The notes under the pieces are model-generated. The model was not told the origin of the DNA. It worked only from the letters and a program-made list of their open reading frames with translations, and searched no databases. Positions 36,542 through 46,207 of a stretch of DNA of 64,000 nt are shown piece after piece; the first letter of the stretch is position 1; every line of letters begins with the position of its first letter. The DNA comes from an uncultured bacterium (GTDB lineage Bacteria > Krumholzibacteriota > Krumholzibacteriia > JACNKJ01). The DNA is taken from positions 1,565,881 through 1,629,880 of the forward strand of contig CAVOFT010000001.1 of NCBI GenBank assembly GCA_963695095.1. Reading direction: 5' to 3'. The position numbers and the translations under genes were made by a program.

Positions 36542-37123
36542 TCAGCCTCCCGGGGTTTCGCCGAGGGGGGCGGGCGGACCACCCAGCGCGCGCAGCGCGC
36601 GGGCCAGTTCCAGGCGGGCGCGGCTGGCGCGGGACTTCACGGTCCCCAGGGGCACGTCGAGCAGCGCCGCGATTTCCTCGAGCGGCAGCGCCTGCATCTC
36701 CTTGAGGACGATCAGCTCGCGATTGAGGGGGCTCAGCTCGTCCATGGCGCGCAAGAGCAGACGCCGGCGCTCGTCCGCCTCCCAGTGCTCGGCGGCGCTG
36801 GGCGAGGGGTCCGCCAGCGCGTGCGCGCTCTCCACGGGCAGATCCTGGCGGGGCGGCCGCGCCTGGCGGCGGCGCAGCGCGTCCAGGCTTGCGTTGCGGG
36901 CTATGGCCAGCAGCCAGGCCTCGAAGCGCTCGCTCTCGCGACAGTGCTCCAGATTCCGCCAGACGCGCAGGAAGATCTCCTGGGCCAGGTCGCGGGCCTC
37001 CTCGCGATCGCCCACGTAGGCGCTGGCGATGCCGAAGATGCGTGACTGGTACCTGCGCACGAGAAGCTCCCAGGCCAGGGGATCGCCTTGCCGGCAGCGA
37101 GCGATGAGGGTGGCCAGATCCAT
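36542..37123 (-). CDS. ECF-type RNA polymerase sigma factor
   Basis: Sigma-70 region 2 and region 4 sequence (…RYQSRIFGIA…, …LPLEEIAALLDVPLGTVKSR…). Confidence 0.8.
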   Translation of the reverse strand: MDLATLIARCRQGDPLAWELLVRRYQSRIFGIASAYVGDREEARDLAQEIFLRVWRNLEHCRESERFEAWLLAIARNASLDALRRRQARPPRQDLPVESAHALADPSPSAAEHWEADERRRLLLRAMDELSPLNRELIVLKEMQALPLEEIAALLDVPLGTVKSRASRARLELARALRALGGPPAPLGETPGG

Positions 37124-37249
37124 CGGGTCCACTCGGTTCGGGGCTGATGGCGCGGGGGTGCTTCCCCCTGCCTGGACAAGACGCAAGCGCAGAGGGGCAG
37201 GTTCGGTCAAGCCCGCGAAAATCTTCGCCCCCAACCGCACGTTCTCCAC

Positions 37250-37283
37250 TTGAAACGCTTGGGCATTTGGCTATATTGCCAAA
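37250..37283 (+). promoter_or_regulatory. arsR promoter candidate (TTGAAA-16-TATATT) with palindromic operator TTTGGC-N6-GCCAAA over the -10
   Basis: Perfect 6-6-6 inverted repeat ~30 nt upstream of the arsR start, centred on TATATT. Confidence 0.45.
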
Positions 37284-37313
37284 CATCCCAGTTGAACCCC
37301 GGAGGTGCCCGAC

Positions 37314-37634
37314 ATGGCGGTTTCGGTTCAAGCTCGCTTCGGCGCTCGTGCCGAGGTGCTCAAGGCGCTCGCGCACCCGACGCGCCTGCTCGTCGTCGAC
37401 GAGCTCTCGCGCGGCGAGCGCTGCGTGGCCGAGCTGACCGAGCTGGCCGGCGCGGACATGTCCACCGTCTCGCGGCACCTCGCCCAGCTGCGCAACGCCG
37501 GCATCCTTCAGGACGAGCGCCGCGGCGCCTGCATCTACTACTCCCTCAAGTGCCCCTGCGTGCTGAACTTCTTCACCTGCATCGAGTCCGTGCTCCAGGC
37601 CAACGCCGACGCGAACTCGAGCGCGGCGCGCTAG
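37314..37634 (+). CDS. arsR: ArsR/SmtB-family metalloregulator
   Basis: Winged-helix sequence with metal-binding ELSRGERCVAEL; GGAGGT RBS before ATG 37314. Confidence 0.8.
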   Translation: MAVSVQARFGARAEVLKALAHPTRLLVVDELSRGERCVAELTELAGADMSTVSRHLAQLRNAGILQDERRGACIYYSLKCPCVLNFFTCIESVLQANADANSSAAR

Positions 37635-37644
37635 GGGGATCGGC

Positions 37645-38956
37645 GTGGCTGTCTTCTCCTGGCGGCGCGAGGGACGAGCGCTTGCGGTCATTGCGGGCGG
37701 CTTCCTCGCCGCCTACTTCCTGCCGGTGGGGCGGGCCCGCGTGGACGGCGCCATTCTGGAGTCCCTGCAGCTGCTGCGCTGGTACGCCCGCGAGCACGTG
37801 CTGCTCTGCCTGGTGCCGGCCTTCTTCATCGCCGGAGCCATCGGCGTTTTCCTGCGCAAGGACACGGTGTTGCGCTACCTGGGGCCCGGCGCGCCCAAGC
37901 CGCTGGCCTACGGCGTCGCCTCGGTGTCGGGTGGCGTGCTGGCCGTCTGCTCCTGCACGGTGCTGCCGCTGTTCGCCGGCATCTACCGCATGGGCGCCGG
38001 GCTCGGCCCCGCAGCGGCCTTCCTGTACGCCGGGCCGGCGATCAACGCGCTGGCCATCATTCTCACGGCGCGCATCCTCGGATTCGAGCTGGGCATCGCG
38101 CGCGCGGTAGGGGCGGTCGTCTTCAGCATCGTCATCGGCCTGGCGATGGCCCTCCTCTTCCGTGGTGGCGAAGCGGTGCGGGCGCAGGCGGCGATGCCCG
38201 CGGAGACGGCGGCCTCCAGGCCGTTGAGGCAGATCGGCGCTCAGCCTGGCCGCGATGCTGGCGGTCCTGATCTTCGCCAACTGGGGCGCGCCGGCCGCTG
38301 GCCTCGGCTTCTGGACGGCTGTCCACGCGATCAAGTGGCCCCTGACCGGGCTGGCCGCGCTGGCGCTCGGTCTCATGCTGGTCCGCTGGTTTGGGTTGGC
38401 CTGGCGGGAGCTGGCCTTGATCAGCCTGCCCGTGGCCCTGCTCGCGCTCGTCGGCCCCGGGCGCCCGCTCCTGCCCTTCGGGGTAGCGATCCTGCTGCTG
38501 GCCTGGCGCCTGGGGCGGCGTGGGGCGGAGGACGAACTGGGCGAATGGCTGGCAGCCAGCTGGGGCTTCGCACGGCAGATCCTGCCCCTGCTGCTCGGCG
38601 GCATCCTGGTCGCCGGCCTGCTGCTCGGCCGCCCCGGCGGTGAGGGGCTTATTCCCTCCGCCTGGGTGGCGCGCGCGGTGGGGGGCAATTCGATCGGCGC
38701 CAATCTCTTCGCGGCCGTGGCGGGGGCCTTCATGTACTTCGCCACCCTGACGGAGATCCCCATTCTCCAGGGACTGCTGGGCTCCGGGATGGGCAAGGGC
38801 CCGGCGCTCGCGCTGCTGCTGGCCGGGCCCGCGCTCTCGCTGCCCAGCATGCTCGTCATCGGCGGCATTCTCGGCCTGCGCAAGACCTTCGTCTTCATCG
38901 TGCTCGTGGTCGCCATGGCGACGCTGACCGGGCTTCTCTACGGAGCCCTCTTCTAG
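37645..38956 (+). CDS. DUF318-family permease, ArsP-like (one +1 frame change)
   Basis: Polytopic membrane protein with VCSC motif; N-half in ORF 37645.., C-half in ORF 38255..38956; shift near 38200. Confidence 0.7.
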
Positions 38957-38966
38957 GGAGGATGCG

Positions 38967-39200
38967 ATGCACAAGCTGCAGATCCTGGGCACGGGTTGCC
39001 CCAAGTGCCGGCAGCTCGAAGCCAATGCGCGGGAGGCGGCAGCTGCCGCCGGCGGCGACTGGGCGGTGGAGAAGATCAGCGACCTGAACGCGATCATCGC
39101 CTTCGGGGTGATGATGACGCCCGCCCTCGCCATCGACGGCGAGGTGAAGTCCACGGGCAAGGTGCTCTCGCCCGAGGCCATCCGGGCGCTGCTGCCATGA
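38967..39200 (+). CDS. redox-active disulfide protein 2 (small thioredoxin-like)
   Basis: 77 aa with ILGTGCPKC. Confidence 0.75.
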   Translation: MHKLQILGTGCPKCRQLEANAREAAAAAGGDWAVEKISDLNAIIAFGVMMTPALAIDGEVKSTGKVLSPEAIRALLP

Positions 39201-39676
39201 GGCGCGCTCGCCTGCTCGTCGCAGCGCTGCTGATGGCCTTGCTGGCGCCCGCCGCCGTCGGAGAGCCGGTGGGGGAGCCCGTGCCGGCGCCTGGGGACTC
39301 GCTGGCGACGCCTGCCGGCGGCGTCGAGTTGATCTACTTCCACGCCACCCTGCGCTGCGAGACCTGCCTCGCCTTGGAGGCCAGCATCGAGCGCTGCCTG
39401 CGCGCGGAGTTCGCGGCCGAGCTCGCGCAAGGCAGGCTGGCCTGGCGCAGCCTGGACTACGAGCTCGGCGAAGGGCGCGCCTTGCACGCGAACCTGGAGC
39501 TGAGCGGCAGCGAACTCGTGATCCGGCGGCGCGCGGCCGGCGAGAGTCGTGACGCGCAGCCGATCCGCAGCGTCTGGAATGCGCCGGAGGCCGTTGCGCT
39601 CTGCGACTCCCTCCAGCCCATCGTCACGCAGTACCTCCGCGCCCAGCCGGACGCCGAGGCAACCAGCGGCCGCTGA
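39197..39676 (+). CDS. hypothetical secreted protein with CxxC (CETC)
   Basis: In-frame ATG in ORF 38996..39676 overlapping the previous stop; signal peptide MRRARLLVAALLMALLAPAAVG. Confidence 0.45.
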   Translation: MRRARLLVAALLMALLAPAAVGEPVGEPVPAPGDSLATPAGGVELIYFHATLRCETCLALEASIERCLRAEFAAELAQGRLAWRSLDYELGEGRALHANLELSGSELVIRRRAAGESRDAQPIRSVWNAPEAVALCDSLQPIVTQYLRAQPDAEATSGR

Positions 39677-39700
39677 GCGAGCCGCATCCGAGGAGCAGCG

Positions 39701-40183
39701 ATGAACCGGAGATTGCGCGTCGCGATCCTGCTGGTGGTGGCCCTGGCCGTGGCGGCCGTGCTGCTCTGGGGACGAGGCGCCGAGGCGCCCGGCCGTGCGG
39801 AGGCGCCGGGAGCGGCGCCGGTGGCGGCGGTCGCCGTGGCGCCTGCTGCCGGGGAAGCCGGCAAGCCGGCCGCGCTGCCGCGCCTGGTGGACCTGGGCTC
39901 GACCACCTGCATTCCCTGCAAGAAGATGGCGCCCATCCTCGCCGAGCTGGCCGCCGAGCAGGCCGGCCACCTCGAGGTGCTCGTCATCGACATCCGCGAG
40001 GATCCGGATGCGGCTGCCACCTACGGCATCCGCCTGATCCCGACGCAGATCTTCTTCGATGCGGGGGGCAAGGAACTCTGGCGGCACGAGGGCTTCATCG
40101 ACAAGGCCGCCATCCTCGCGCGCTGGGCCGAACTGGGCGTGGCGCTGCCCGGCGTCGCGCCCGCCGCGGAGCCAGCGGGATGA
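39701..40183 (+). CDS. membrane-anchored thioredoxin
   Basis: N-terminal TM helix then thioredoxin fold with CIPC active site. Confidence 0.7.
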   Translation: MNRRLRVAILLVVALAVAAVLLWGRGAEAPGRAEAPGAAPVAAVAVAPAAGEAGKPAALPRLVDLGSTTCIPCKKMAPILAELAAEQAGHLEVLVIDIREDPDAAATYGIRLIPTQIFFDAGGKELWRHEGFIDKAAILARWAELGVALPGVAPAAEPAG

Positions 40184-40875
40184 GCGAGGTCTTCAGCAGC
40201 CTGACCGGAGCAGTGCAGGGCGCCTGGCCCCTGGCCCTCGGCGCGGCTTTCCTGTGGGGCGTGCTCAGCATCGTGCTCAGCCCCTGCCACCTGGCCAGCA
40301 TTCCGCTCATCGTGGCCTTCATCGGGGGCCAGGGTCCGAGCAGCACGCGGCGCGCCGCGGCGCTGGCGAGCCTCTTCAGCCTTGGCATCCTGGTCACCAT
40401 CGCGGCGATCGGCCTGGCGACGGCCGCCCTCGGCCGCATGCTGGGCGATGTCGGCCGCGCCGGCAACTGGATCGTCGCGATCGTCTTCCTCGCGGTGGGC
40501 CTGCACCTGGTCGGCGTGATTCCAATGCCCGGCGGGCCCGCGCGGGTGGGCCTCGCGCGGCGCGGGGCGCTCGGTGCCCTGCTGCTCGGCCTCGTCTTCG
40601 GCATCGCGCTCGGGCCCTGCACCTTCGCCTACCTGGCGCCCATGCTGGCAGTCACGCTCTCCGCCGGCTCGGTGAGCCTCCTCTTCGGCAGTCTGCTGCT
40701 CCTGACCTACGGCATCGGCCACACGGCGGTGATCGCTGTCGCCGGCACCTTCACCCAGCTCGTCCAGCGCACGCTCGACTGGAACGAGCGATCACGGACT
40801 TTGGGCGTGATCCGGAGGATCTGTGGCGTACTCATCATCCTGGCGGGGCTCTATTTGCTCGCACTGGCGCGCTAG
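40180..40875 (+). CDS. ccdA: cytochrome c biogenesis/DsbD-type transmembrane electron transporter
   Basis: Two conserved membrane Cys (LSPCHLASIP, GPCTFAYLAP) in a six-TM core. Confidence 0.8.
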   Translation: MSEVFSSLTGAVQGAWPLALGAAFLWGVLSIVLSPCHLASIPLIVAFIGGQGPSSTRRAAALASLFSLGILVTIAAIGLATAALGRMLGDVGRAGNWIVAIVFLAVGLHLVGVIPMPGGPARVGLARRGALGALLLGLVFGIALGPCTFAYLAPMLAVTLSAGSVSLLFGSLLLLTYGIGHTAVIAVAGTFTQLVQRTLDWNERSRTLGVIRRICGVLIILAGLYLLALAR

Positions 40876-41389
40876 GCGATACGCCGGTTCGGCGCTGCTG
40901 ATCGCCGGCGGCCTCCTGGCCAGCGGCATGCCCGCGGCCGCGGCGACGCAGCGCCTGCCCGCGCTCTGGCTCAGCGACCTCCATGGCGGCCGCGCGCCCC
41001 TGGACAGCCTGCTCGGCGCGCGGCCGGCCCTGCTCCTCTTCTGGAGCACGCCCTGCCAGTCCTGTCTGGACAAGCTGCGCGCCGTCGAGGCCTTCGCCCA
41101 GGCGCGCGCCGAACAGGATCTCGCCCTGCTCATGGTCAACATCGACGCGCCGCGCAACAAGAACCAGATCGCACCCTTCTTGCATCGCTTCGAGTTCACG
41201 GCGCCTTGCTTCGTCGATCCCGAGCGCGCCGCCTTCCGCAAGCTCGGCGGCCGGGAGGCGCCCTACCTGGTGCTCCTTTCCGCGGAACGCGAGGTCCTCT
41301 ATCGCAGCGGCAGCCTTGATCGCCGCGATCTGACGGCCATTGCCGCCTTGCTCGAGGCTCAGGACTCGGCAGGCTCGGCGCATGACTAG
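40823..41389 (+). CDS. TlpA-like periplasmic thiol:disulfide oxidoreductase
   Basis: Redoxin fold with WSTPCQSC; start uncertain (track start overlaps ccdA by ~50 nt). Confidence 0.6.
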   Translation: MAYSSSWRGSICSHWRARRYAGSALLIAGGLLASGMPAAAATQRLPALWLSDLHGGRAPLDSLLGARPALLLFWSTPCQSCLDKLRAVEAFAQARAEQDLALLMVNIDAPRNKNQIAPFLHRFEFTAPCFVDPERAAFRKLGGREAPYLVLLSAEREVLYRSGSLDRRDLTAIAALLEAQDSAGSAHD

Positions 41390-41834
41390 AGCCGCGGTGC
41401 TGTTTCTCTGCACGGGCAACGCCTGCCGCAGCCAGATGGCCGAGGGCTGGGCGCGTCACCTGCACGGCAAGCGGGTCGATGCGGTATCGGCCGGCATGGC
41501 GCCCGCGGGCCTGGATCCCCGGGCCGTGCGTGTGATGGCGGAGGTCGGAGTCGACATCGGCGGCCAGCAGAGCAAGGGACTTGCCGAGCTGGGCAAGCGA
41601 CGCTTCGAGCTCGTCGTCACCGTCTGCGACCGGGCGCGGGAGGCCTGTCCCGTGCTGCCCGGCGCACGGCACCTGCACGCGGGCTTTCCCGATCCGCCGG
41701 CCCTCGCTCGCGGCGCGGCGAGCGAGGAGGAGGCTCTGGATCACTACCGGCGGGTGCGCGATGCCATCCGCGAGCTCGTCGCCGGCCTGCCGGCGCTGCT
41801 GGCCGCCGCGCGGGGCCCCGGAGGCCAGCGCTGA
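41382..41834 (+). CDS. arsC: arsenate reductase, thioredoxin-coupled LMW-PTP type
   Basis: [14 protein letters not shown]-loop. Confidence 0.85.
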   Translation: MTRAAVLFLCTGNACRSQMAEGWARHLHGKRVDAVSAGMAPAGLDPRAVRVMAEVGVDIGGQQSKGLAELGKRRFELVVTVCDRAREACPVLPGARHLHAGFPDPPALARGAASEEEALDHYRRVRDAIRELVAGLPALLAAARGPGGQR

Positions 41835-43027
41835 TGCCCGCGGAAGCCTGTGTCAGCAAGCGCCCCGGAGGGCTGGGCGGCTTCGAGCGCTGGCTCACGC
41901 TCTGGGTGCTGCTGTCGATCGGGGCGGGCATCCTGCTCGGCAAGCTGGCGCCGGGCCTGGCGCGCTGGCTGGACGGCCTCGCGCTCCGCGTCGACGGCGC
42001 GCCGGTGATCAGCCTGCCCATCGCCCTCTGCCTCTTCTTCATGATGTACCCGATCATGGTCAAGATCGACTTCGCCGAGCTGCTGCGCGCCGGCCGCGGC
42101 GCGAAGCCGGTGGCGCTCACCCTCGTCGTCAACTGGGCGATCAAGCCCTTCACGATGCTCGCCATCGCGAGCTTCTTCCTCGGCGGCGTCTTCTTGCGCT
42201 TCATCGGTCCGGAGGCCGTGGACCTGGTCAAGCTGCCCCTCGGACTCGACCTGCCGGTGGGGGCGAGCTACGGCGCAGGCACCGTGGTGCTCGCCGATGG
42301 CGTCAAGCTGCTGGCCGTGCCGCTCTGGCGCAGCTACCTGGCCGGCTGCATCCTGCTGGGCGTGGCGCCCTGTACGGCGATGGTGCTGGTCTGGGGCTAC
42401 CTCGCCCGCGGCAACGACGGCCACACCCTGGTGATGGTGGCGATCAACTCGCTCGCGATGCTCCTTCTCTACGGACCGCTGGGCGGCCTGCTGCTCGGCG
42501 TGGGCCGCCTGCCCGTGCCCTGGCAGGCCCTGCTGCTCTCGATCGCCGTCTATGTCGCCCTGCCCCTGGTCGCGGGCTACCTCACGCGGCGCTGGCTGGT
42601 GGCCGCCCGCGGCGAGGCCTGGTTCGCCGAGCACTTCCTGCATCGGCTGACTCCGGTCACCATCGTCGCGCTGCTGACCACGCTCGTCCTGCTCTTCTCC
42701 TTCAAGGGCGAGACGATCCTCGCCGCCCCGCTCACGATTCTCTGGATCGCGGTGCCGCTCTTCCTGCAGACCCTCCTCATCTTCGGACTCACCTATCTCC
42801 TGGCCCACCGCCTGCGCCTGGACTACCGCGATGCGGCTCCCAGCGCGCTGATCGGCGCCTCCAATCACTTCGAGGTCGCCATCGCCACGGCCACGCTGCT
42901 CTTCGGCCTCGGCTCCGGCGCCGCGCTGGCCACGGTGGTGGGCGTTCTCATCGAGGTGCCGGTGATGCTGCTCCTCGTGCGGCTTTGCCTGCGCAGTCGT
43001 GGCCGCTTCGCCGCCTTCGCGCGTTGA
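41834..43027 (+). CDS. acr3: ACR3-family arsenite efflux transporter
   Basis: ACR3 signature …[14 protein letters not shown]… and ~10 TM helices. Confidence 0.9.
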   Translation: MPAEACVSKRPGGLGGFERWLTLWVLLSIGAGILLGKLAPGLARWLDGLALRVDGAPVISLPIALCLFFMMYPIMVKIDFAELLRAGRGAKPVALTLVVNWAIKPFTMLAIASFFLGGVFLRFIGPEAVDLVKLPLGLDLPVGASYGAGTVVLADGVKLLAVPLWRSYLAGCILLGVAPCTAMVLVWGYLARGNDGHTLVMVAINSLAMLLLYGPLGGLLLGVGRLPVPWQALLLSIAVYVALPLVAGYLTRRWLVAARGEAWFAEHFLHRLTPVTIVALLTTLVLLFSFKGETILAAPLTILWIAVPLFLQTLLIFGLTYLLAHRLRLDYRDAAPSALIGASNHFEVAIATATLLFGLGSGAALATVVGVLIEVPVMLLLVRLCLRSRGRFAAFAR

Positions 43028-43095
43028 CAGCAGCCCCCGGCGCGAGGCACCCTGGCCCGGCCGGCGCTCGGGCCGGCCTTCCCGGAGGGTATCGG

Positions 43096-44484
43096 ATGCC
43101 GCGACGCCTGCCTGCGCGCCTGACGCGCCGTCTCGCCCTGCTCTTCGCCCTGCTCGCGGCCGGCGCCGCCCACGCCGGGGCTGCGCCGCCGCGGCATGTC
43201 ATCCTGTGCATCGGCGACGGCATGGGCTTCAACCACGTCGCCCTGGCCAGCCTCTGGGCCGCGGGCCGGCCGGACGCGGCGCCCTTCGCCGACTGGCCGG
43301 TGCGTCTCGCCTTGAGCACCGAGCCCGCCGGCGCGCCGCCCTACTCGCCCGCCGGCTTCTGGAGCCAGTCCGGCCAGCGACGGCGCGGCATCACCGATTC
43401 CGCGGCGGCGGCCACGGCCCTCGCCACGGGGGTCAAGACGGCGAACGGAGTGCTGGGGCTCACCCCCGACGGCCGTCCCCTGCACAATCTCACCGAGTGG
43501 CTGGGTGAGCGCGGTCTCGCGACGGGGTTGGTCACGAGCGTGCCCTTCGTCCATGCCACGCCGGCCGGCTTCGTCGTGCACGTCGAGGACCGCGACGACT
43601 ACCGCGCCATCGCCCGGCAGCTCCTGCTGGAGAGCCGCCTGCGCGTGCTGATGGGCTGCGGCGATCCTGCCTACGCCGCCGACGGCCGGCCGCTCGAGCA
43701 GCCCCGGGGCTTCGGCAAGGTCGGCGGCCGCGAGCTGTGGGCGGGGCTGCTCGCCGGGGCGACGACCTTCGACCTGGACGGCGACGGCGCCATCGACGCG
43801 GAGCTGATGGATCTGGACGGCGACGGCCGGCGCGATCCCTGGCAGCTCGTCACGGAGCGCGCCGCGGTGCAGGCCCTCGCCGCCGGCCCGACGCCGCTGC
43901 GCCTGCTCGTCGTGCCGCGCGGCGGACTCACGCTGCAGGCCGAGCGCCCCGGCCCCCGCCATCGCGCGCCCTTCGCGGTGCCCTTCGATGAATCGCTGCC
44001 CACGCTCGCCGAGATGAGCCTGGCCGCGCTCAACGTGCTCGACACGGATCCGGACGGCTTCTTCCTCATGATCGAGGGCGGCGCCATCGACTGGGCGGCC
44101 CACGACAACGATGCGGGCCGCCTGGTCGAGGAGCAGCTTGCCTTCCATGCCGCCGTCGCTGCGGTGATGGACTGGGTCGCGCGGGAGAGCAGCTGGGAGG
44201 AGACCTTGCTCATCGTCACCGCCGACCACGAGACGGGCGGCCTCAGCGCGCCGGGCTGGGGGCGCCGACGCTGGCAGCCGCTGCGCTCGCGCGGCATCCA
44301 TCGCCTGGCGCGGCATCAGTGGGGCAGCAGCGATCACAGCGGCGCCCTCGTGCCGCTCTATGCGATCGGTTGCGGCAGCGAGACGCTGGCCGCGCTGGCC
44401 GAGGGCAGCGATCCGCGCCGCGGCCCCTACCTCGACAACACGGCGATCGCCCCGGCCATCCGGGCGCTCTGGCGGCATCGCTGA
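43096..44484 (+). CDS. alkaline phosphatase
   Basis: Signal peptide; active-site block ITDSAAAATALATGVKT; GGAGGG RBS before ATG 43096. Confidence 0.85.
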   Translation: MPRRLPARLTRRLALLFALLAAGAAHAGAAPPRHVILCIGDGMGFNHVALASLWAAGRPDAAPFADWPVRLALSTEPAGAPPYSPAGFWSQSGQRRRGITDSAAAATALATGVKTANGVLGLTPDGRPLHNLTEWLGERGLATGLVTSVPFVHATPAGFVVHVEDRDDYRAIARQLLLESRLRVLMGCGDPAYAADGRPLEQPRGFGKVGGRELWAGLLAGATTFDLDGDGAIDAELMDLDGDGRRDPWQLVTERAAVQALAAGPTPLRLLVVPRGGLTLQAERPGPRHRAPFAVPFDESLPTLAEMSLAALNVLDTDPDGFFLMIEGGAIDWAAHDNDAGRLVEEQLAFHAAVAAVMDWVARESSWEETLLIVTADHETGGLSAPGWGRRRWQPLRSRGIHRLARHQWGSSDHSGALVPLYAIGCGSETLAALAEGSDPRRGPYLDNTAIAPAIRALWRHR

Positions 44485-44537
44485 ACGGGAAAGGCCGCCG
44501 GCGCGCGGGCCGCGAACCCGCGCGCCGGAGCCAGGGC

Positions 44538-45716
44538 TTAGCCGCGCGGCGTGGCGGCGAGCTGTTCGAAGCGGGCGAGCTGCAGCTTGAGGTAGTCGCT
44601 GTCCGGGTTCAGCTGCAGGGCTTCGCGGATCAGGGTCAGCGCCTCCCCGCAGTCGCCGCGCGCATTGCAGAGCTCGGCCAGCGTGTCCAGGATGTTCGCC
44701 TTCTCGCCGCCCTCCGCCAGGGCCACGCCGCGGCGAGCGAAGGCTTCGCCCTCGGCCAGGGCGACCTCGTTCTCGAAGCACCACCAGGCGATCTCGTTGA
44801 GGGCGGCGGCCTCCTGCTCCCAGCCCGGGGCCATGCTCTTGCGCTTCCAGGCGAAGGCCTCGTCCTGGCGGCCGTCGATGAGCAGCGCGTGGTCGGCCAT
44901 CAGGCGGGCATGCAGGCGCTGCTCCTCGGCGTCCGTTGCGCCGGCGAGCCGCGCCGCGCCCAGCTTGAGCCCTTCCAGGTAGGGGCTGCGGTCCTCCTTG
45001 CCCGCCGTGGCCTGCCCCAGCAAGGCCACGGTCTCCATCACCTGCTGGCCGCTGCTGCGCGGATCGCCGATGACCGCGCGGGCCGGCTCCAGGAGGGCCG
45101 CCTCGCCGAAGAGCCCCGCCCGCTGGCCGCGGGCGATGAGCTCGACCATGGCCGGCGCCAGGTGATCCGAGCTGCCCAGCTCCTGGGCGCGGCGATACCA
45201 GGCGAGGGCTTCGCCGAAGGCGCCGCCGACCTGCTCGAGCTCGGCGATCTTCACTGCCGCCGCCGCCGTCGGTGTCTTCCGGAAGTCCCGGCGGCGCTCG
45301 ATGAGCGGTAGGGGCGCTGCCGTCGCGGCGCGCAGGGCCGTCAGGAAGGGCTCGGCGGCGCCATAGCCGAGCCAGCCATCGAGCAGGATACCGTCGGCAT
45401 CGACGAGCAGGAAGGTCGGATAGGCGTGGACGCCGTAGCGGCGAGCGAGGCCGATGCCCTCGCCCTTCTCGGCGTCGACAGGGAGCAGGATGGCCTGGGC
45501 GGCGATGTCCTGCCGGAAGGTCTCGCTGGCCTTCACCTCACGGGCGAAGGTCTGGCAGGAGCCTCACCAGGAGGTGCCGATCTCGAGCAGGATGGGCCGT
45601 CCGCTGGCGGCGGCCTGGGCGCCGGCGGCCGCCATGCTGTCGACGGTGTCGGCCACCGCGGCGCCGGCGGCGAAGGTGAAGGCGACGAGGAGGCTGGCGG
45701 CGAGCAGGGTTTTCAT
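44538..45716 (-). CDS. secreted thioredoxin-fold/TPR-like protein with in-frame TGA at the CxxC position (candidate selenoprotein)
   Basis: ORFs 45564..45773 and 44538..45536 share one frame; joined product …PILLEIGTSW-[TGA]-GSCQTFAREVKASETF…YPTFLLVD…; signal peptide MKTLLAASLLVAFTFAAGAAVA. Confidence 0.6.
45530..45550 (-). promoter_or_regulatory. SECIS-like hairpin candidate
   Basis: mRNA CCUUCGCC-CGUGA-GGUGAAGG (8 bp including one G-U, GU in the loop) begins 13 nt after the UGA. Confidence 0.35.
45564..45566 (-). other. in-frame UGA, candidate selenocysteine codon
   Basis: Sits at the first-Cys position of a W-C-x-x-C motif (W-U-G-S-C). Confidence 0.5.
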
Positions 45717-45862
45717 GCGCGGTCGTCTCCGATGAAGGTGGCCGCAAGGGGCGCCGACGGCAGCCTGCCACATCGGCGATCGCCCTGCGGGAGGGCCCTC
45801 ACAGTGGCAGAGCTGGCAGGGGGGCGCAAGCGGATCGAGACGGGTCGAGCTGGGGCGGCGGG

Positions 45863-46207
45863 CTAGAGCGAGCTGGGCATGCTGTCGGCGACGGACTCCT
45901 CCTCGCCCAGTTCCTTCTCGAGCACGGTCAGCAGCACCTGGGCGCCGTTGCGCGACTTGTTGGGGTCCAGGTAGTCGCGGATGGCCGCCTCCAGGGCATT
46001 GATGCGGGAGTTGAGATCATCGATGATGCTCTCCTGCAGGGAGAGGGCGCCCTGCAGGGAGGCGCACTCGCTGCGGAGCCGGCCGATGAGGCGCTCCTGC
46101 TGGTCGAGCCCGGTGAGCAGGGCGTCGATTTCTTCGCGGTGCGCGGCCAGGCTGAGCCGGCTCGCGGCGAGAAGCTGCTGCTTGGCCACGTCGAGCCGGT
46201 GGTTCAT
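45863..46207 (-). CDS. hypothetical coiled-coil protein
   Basis: ORF track; heptad-like Leu/Gln-rich sequence. Confidence 0.4.
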   Translation of the reverse strand: MNHRLDVAKQQLLAASRLSLAAHREEIDALLTGLDQQERLIGRLRSECASLQGALSLQESIIDDLNSRINALEAAIRDYLDPNKSRNGAQVLLTVLEKELGEEESVADSMPSSL

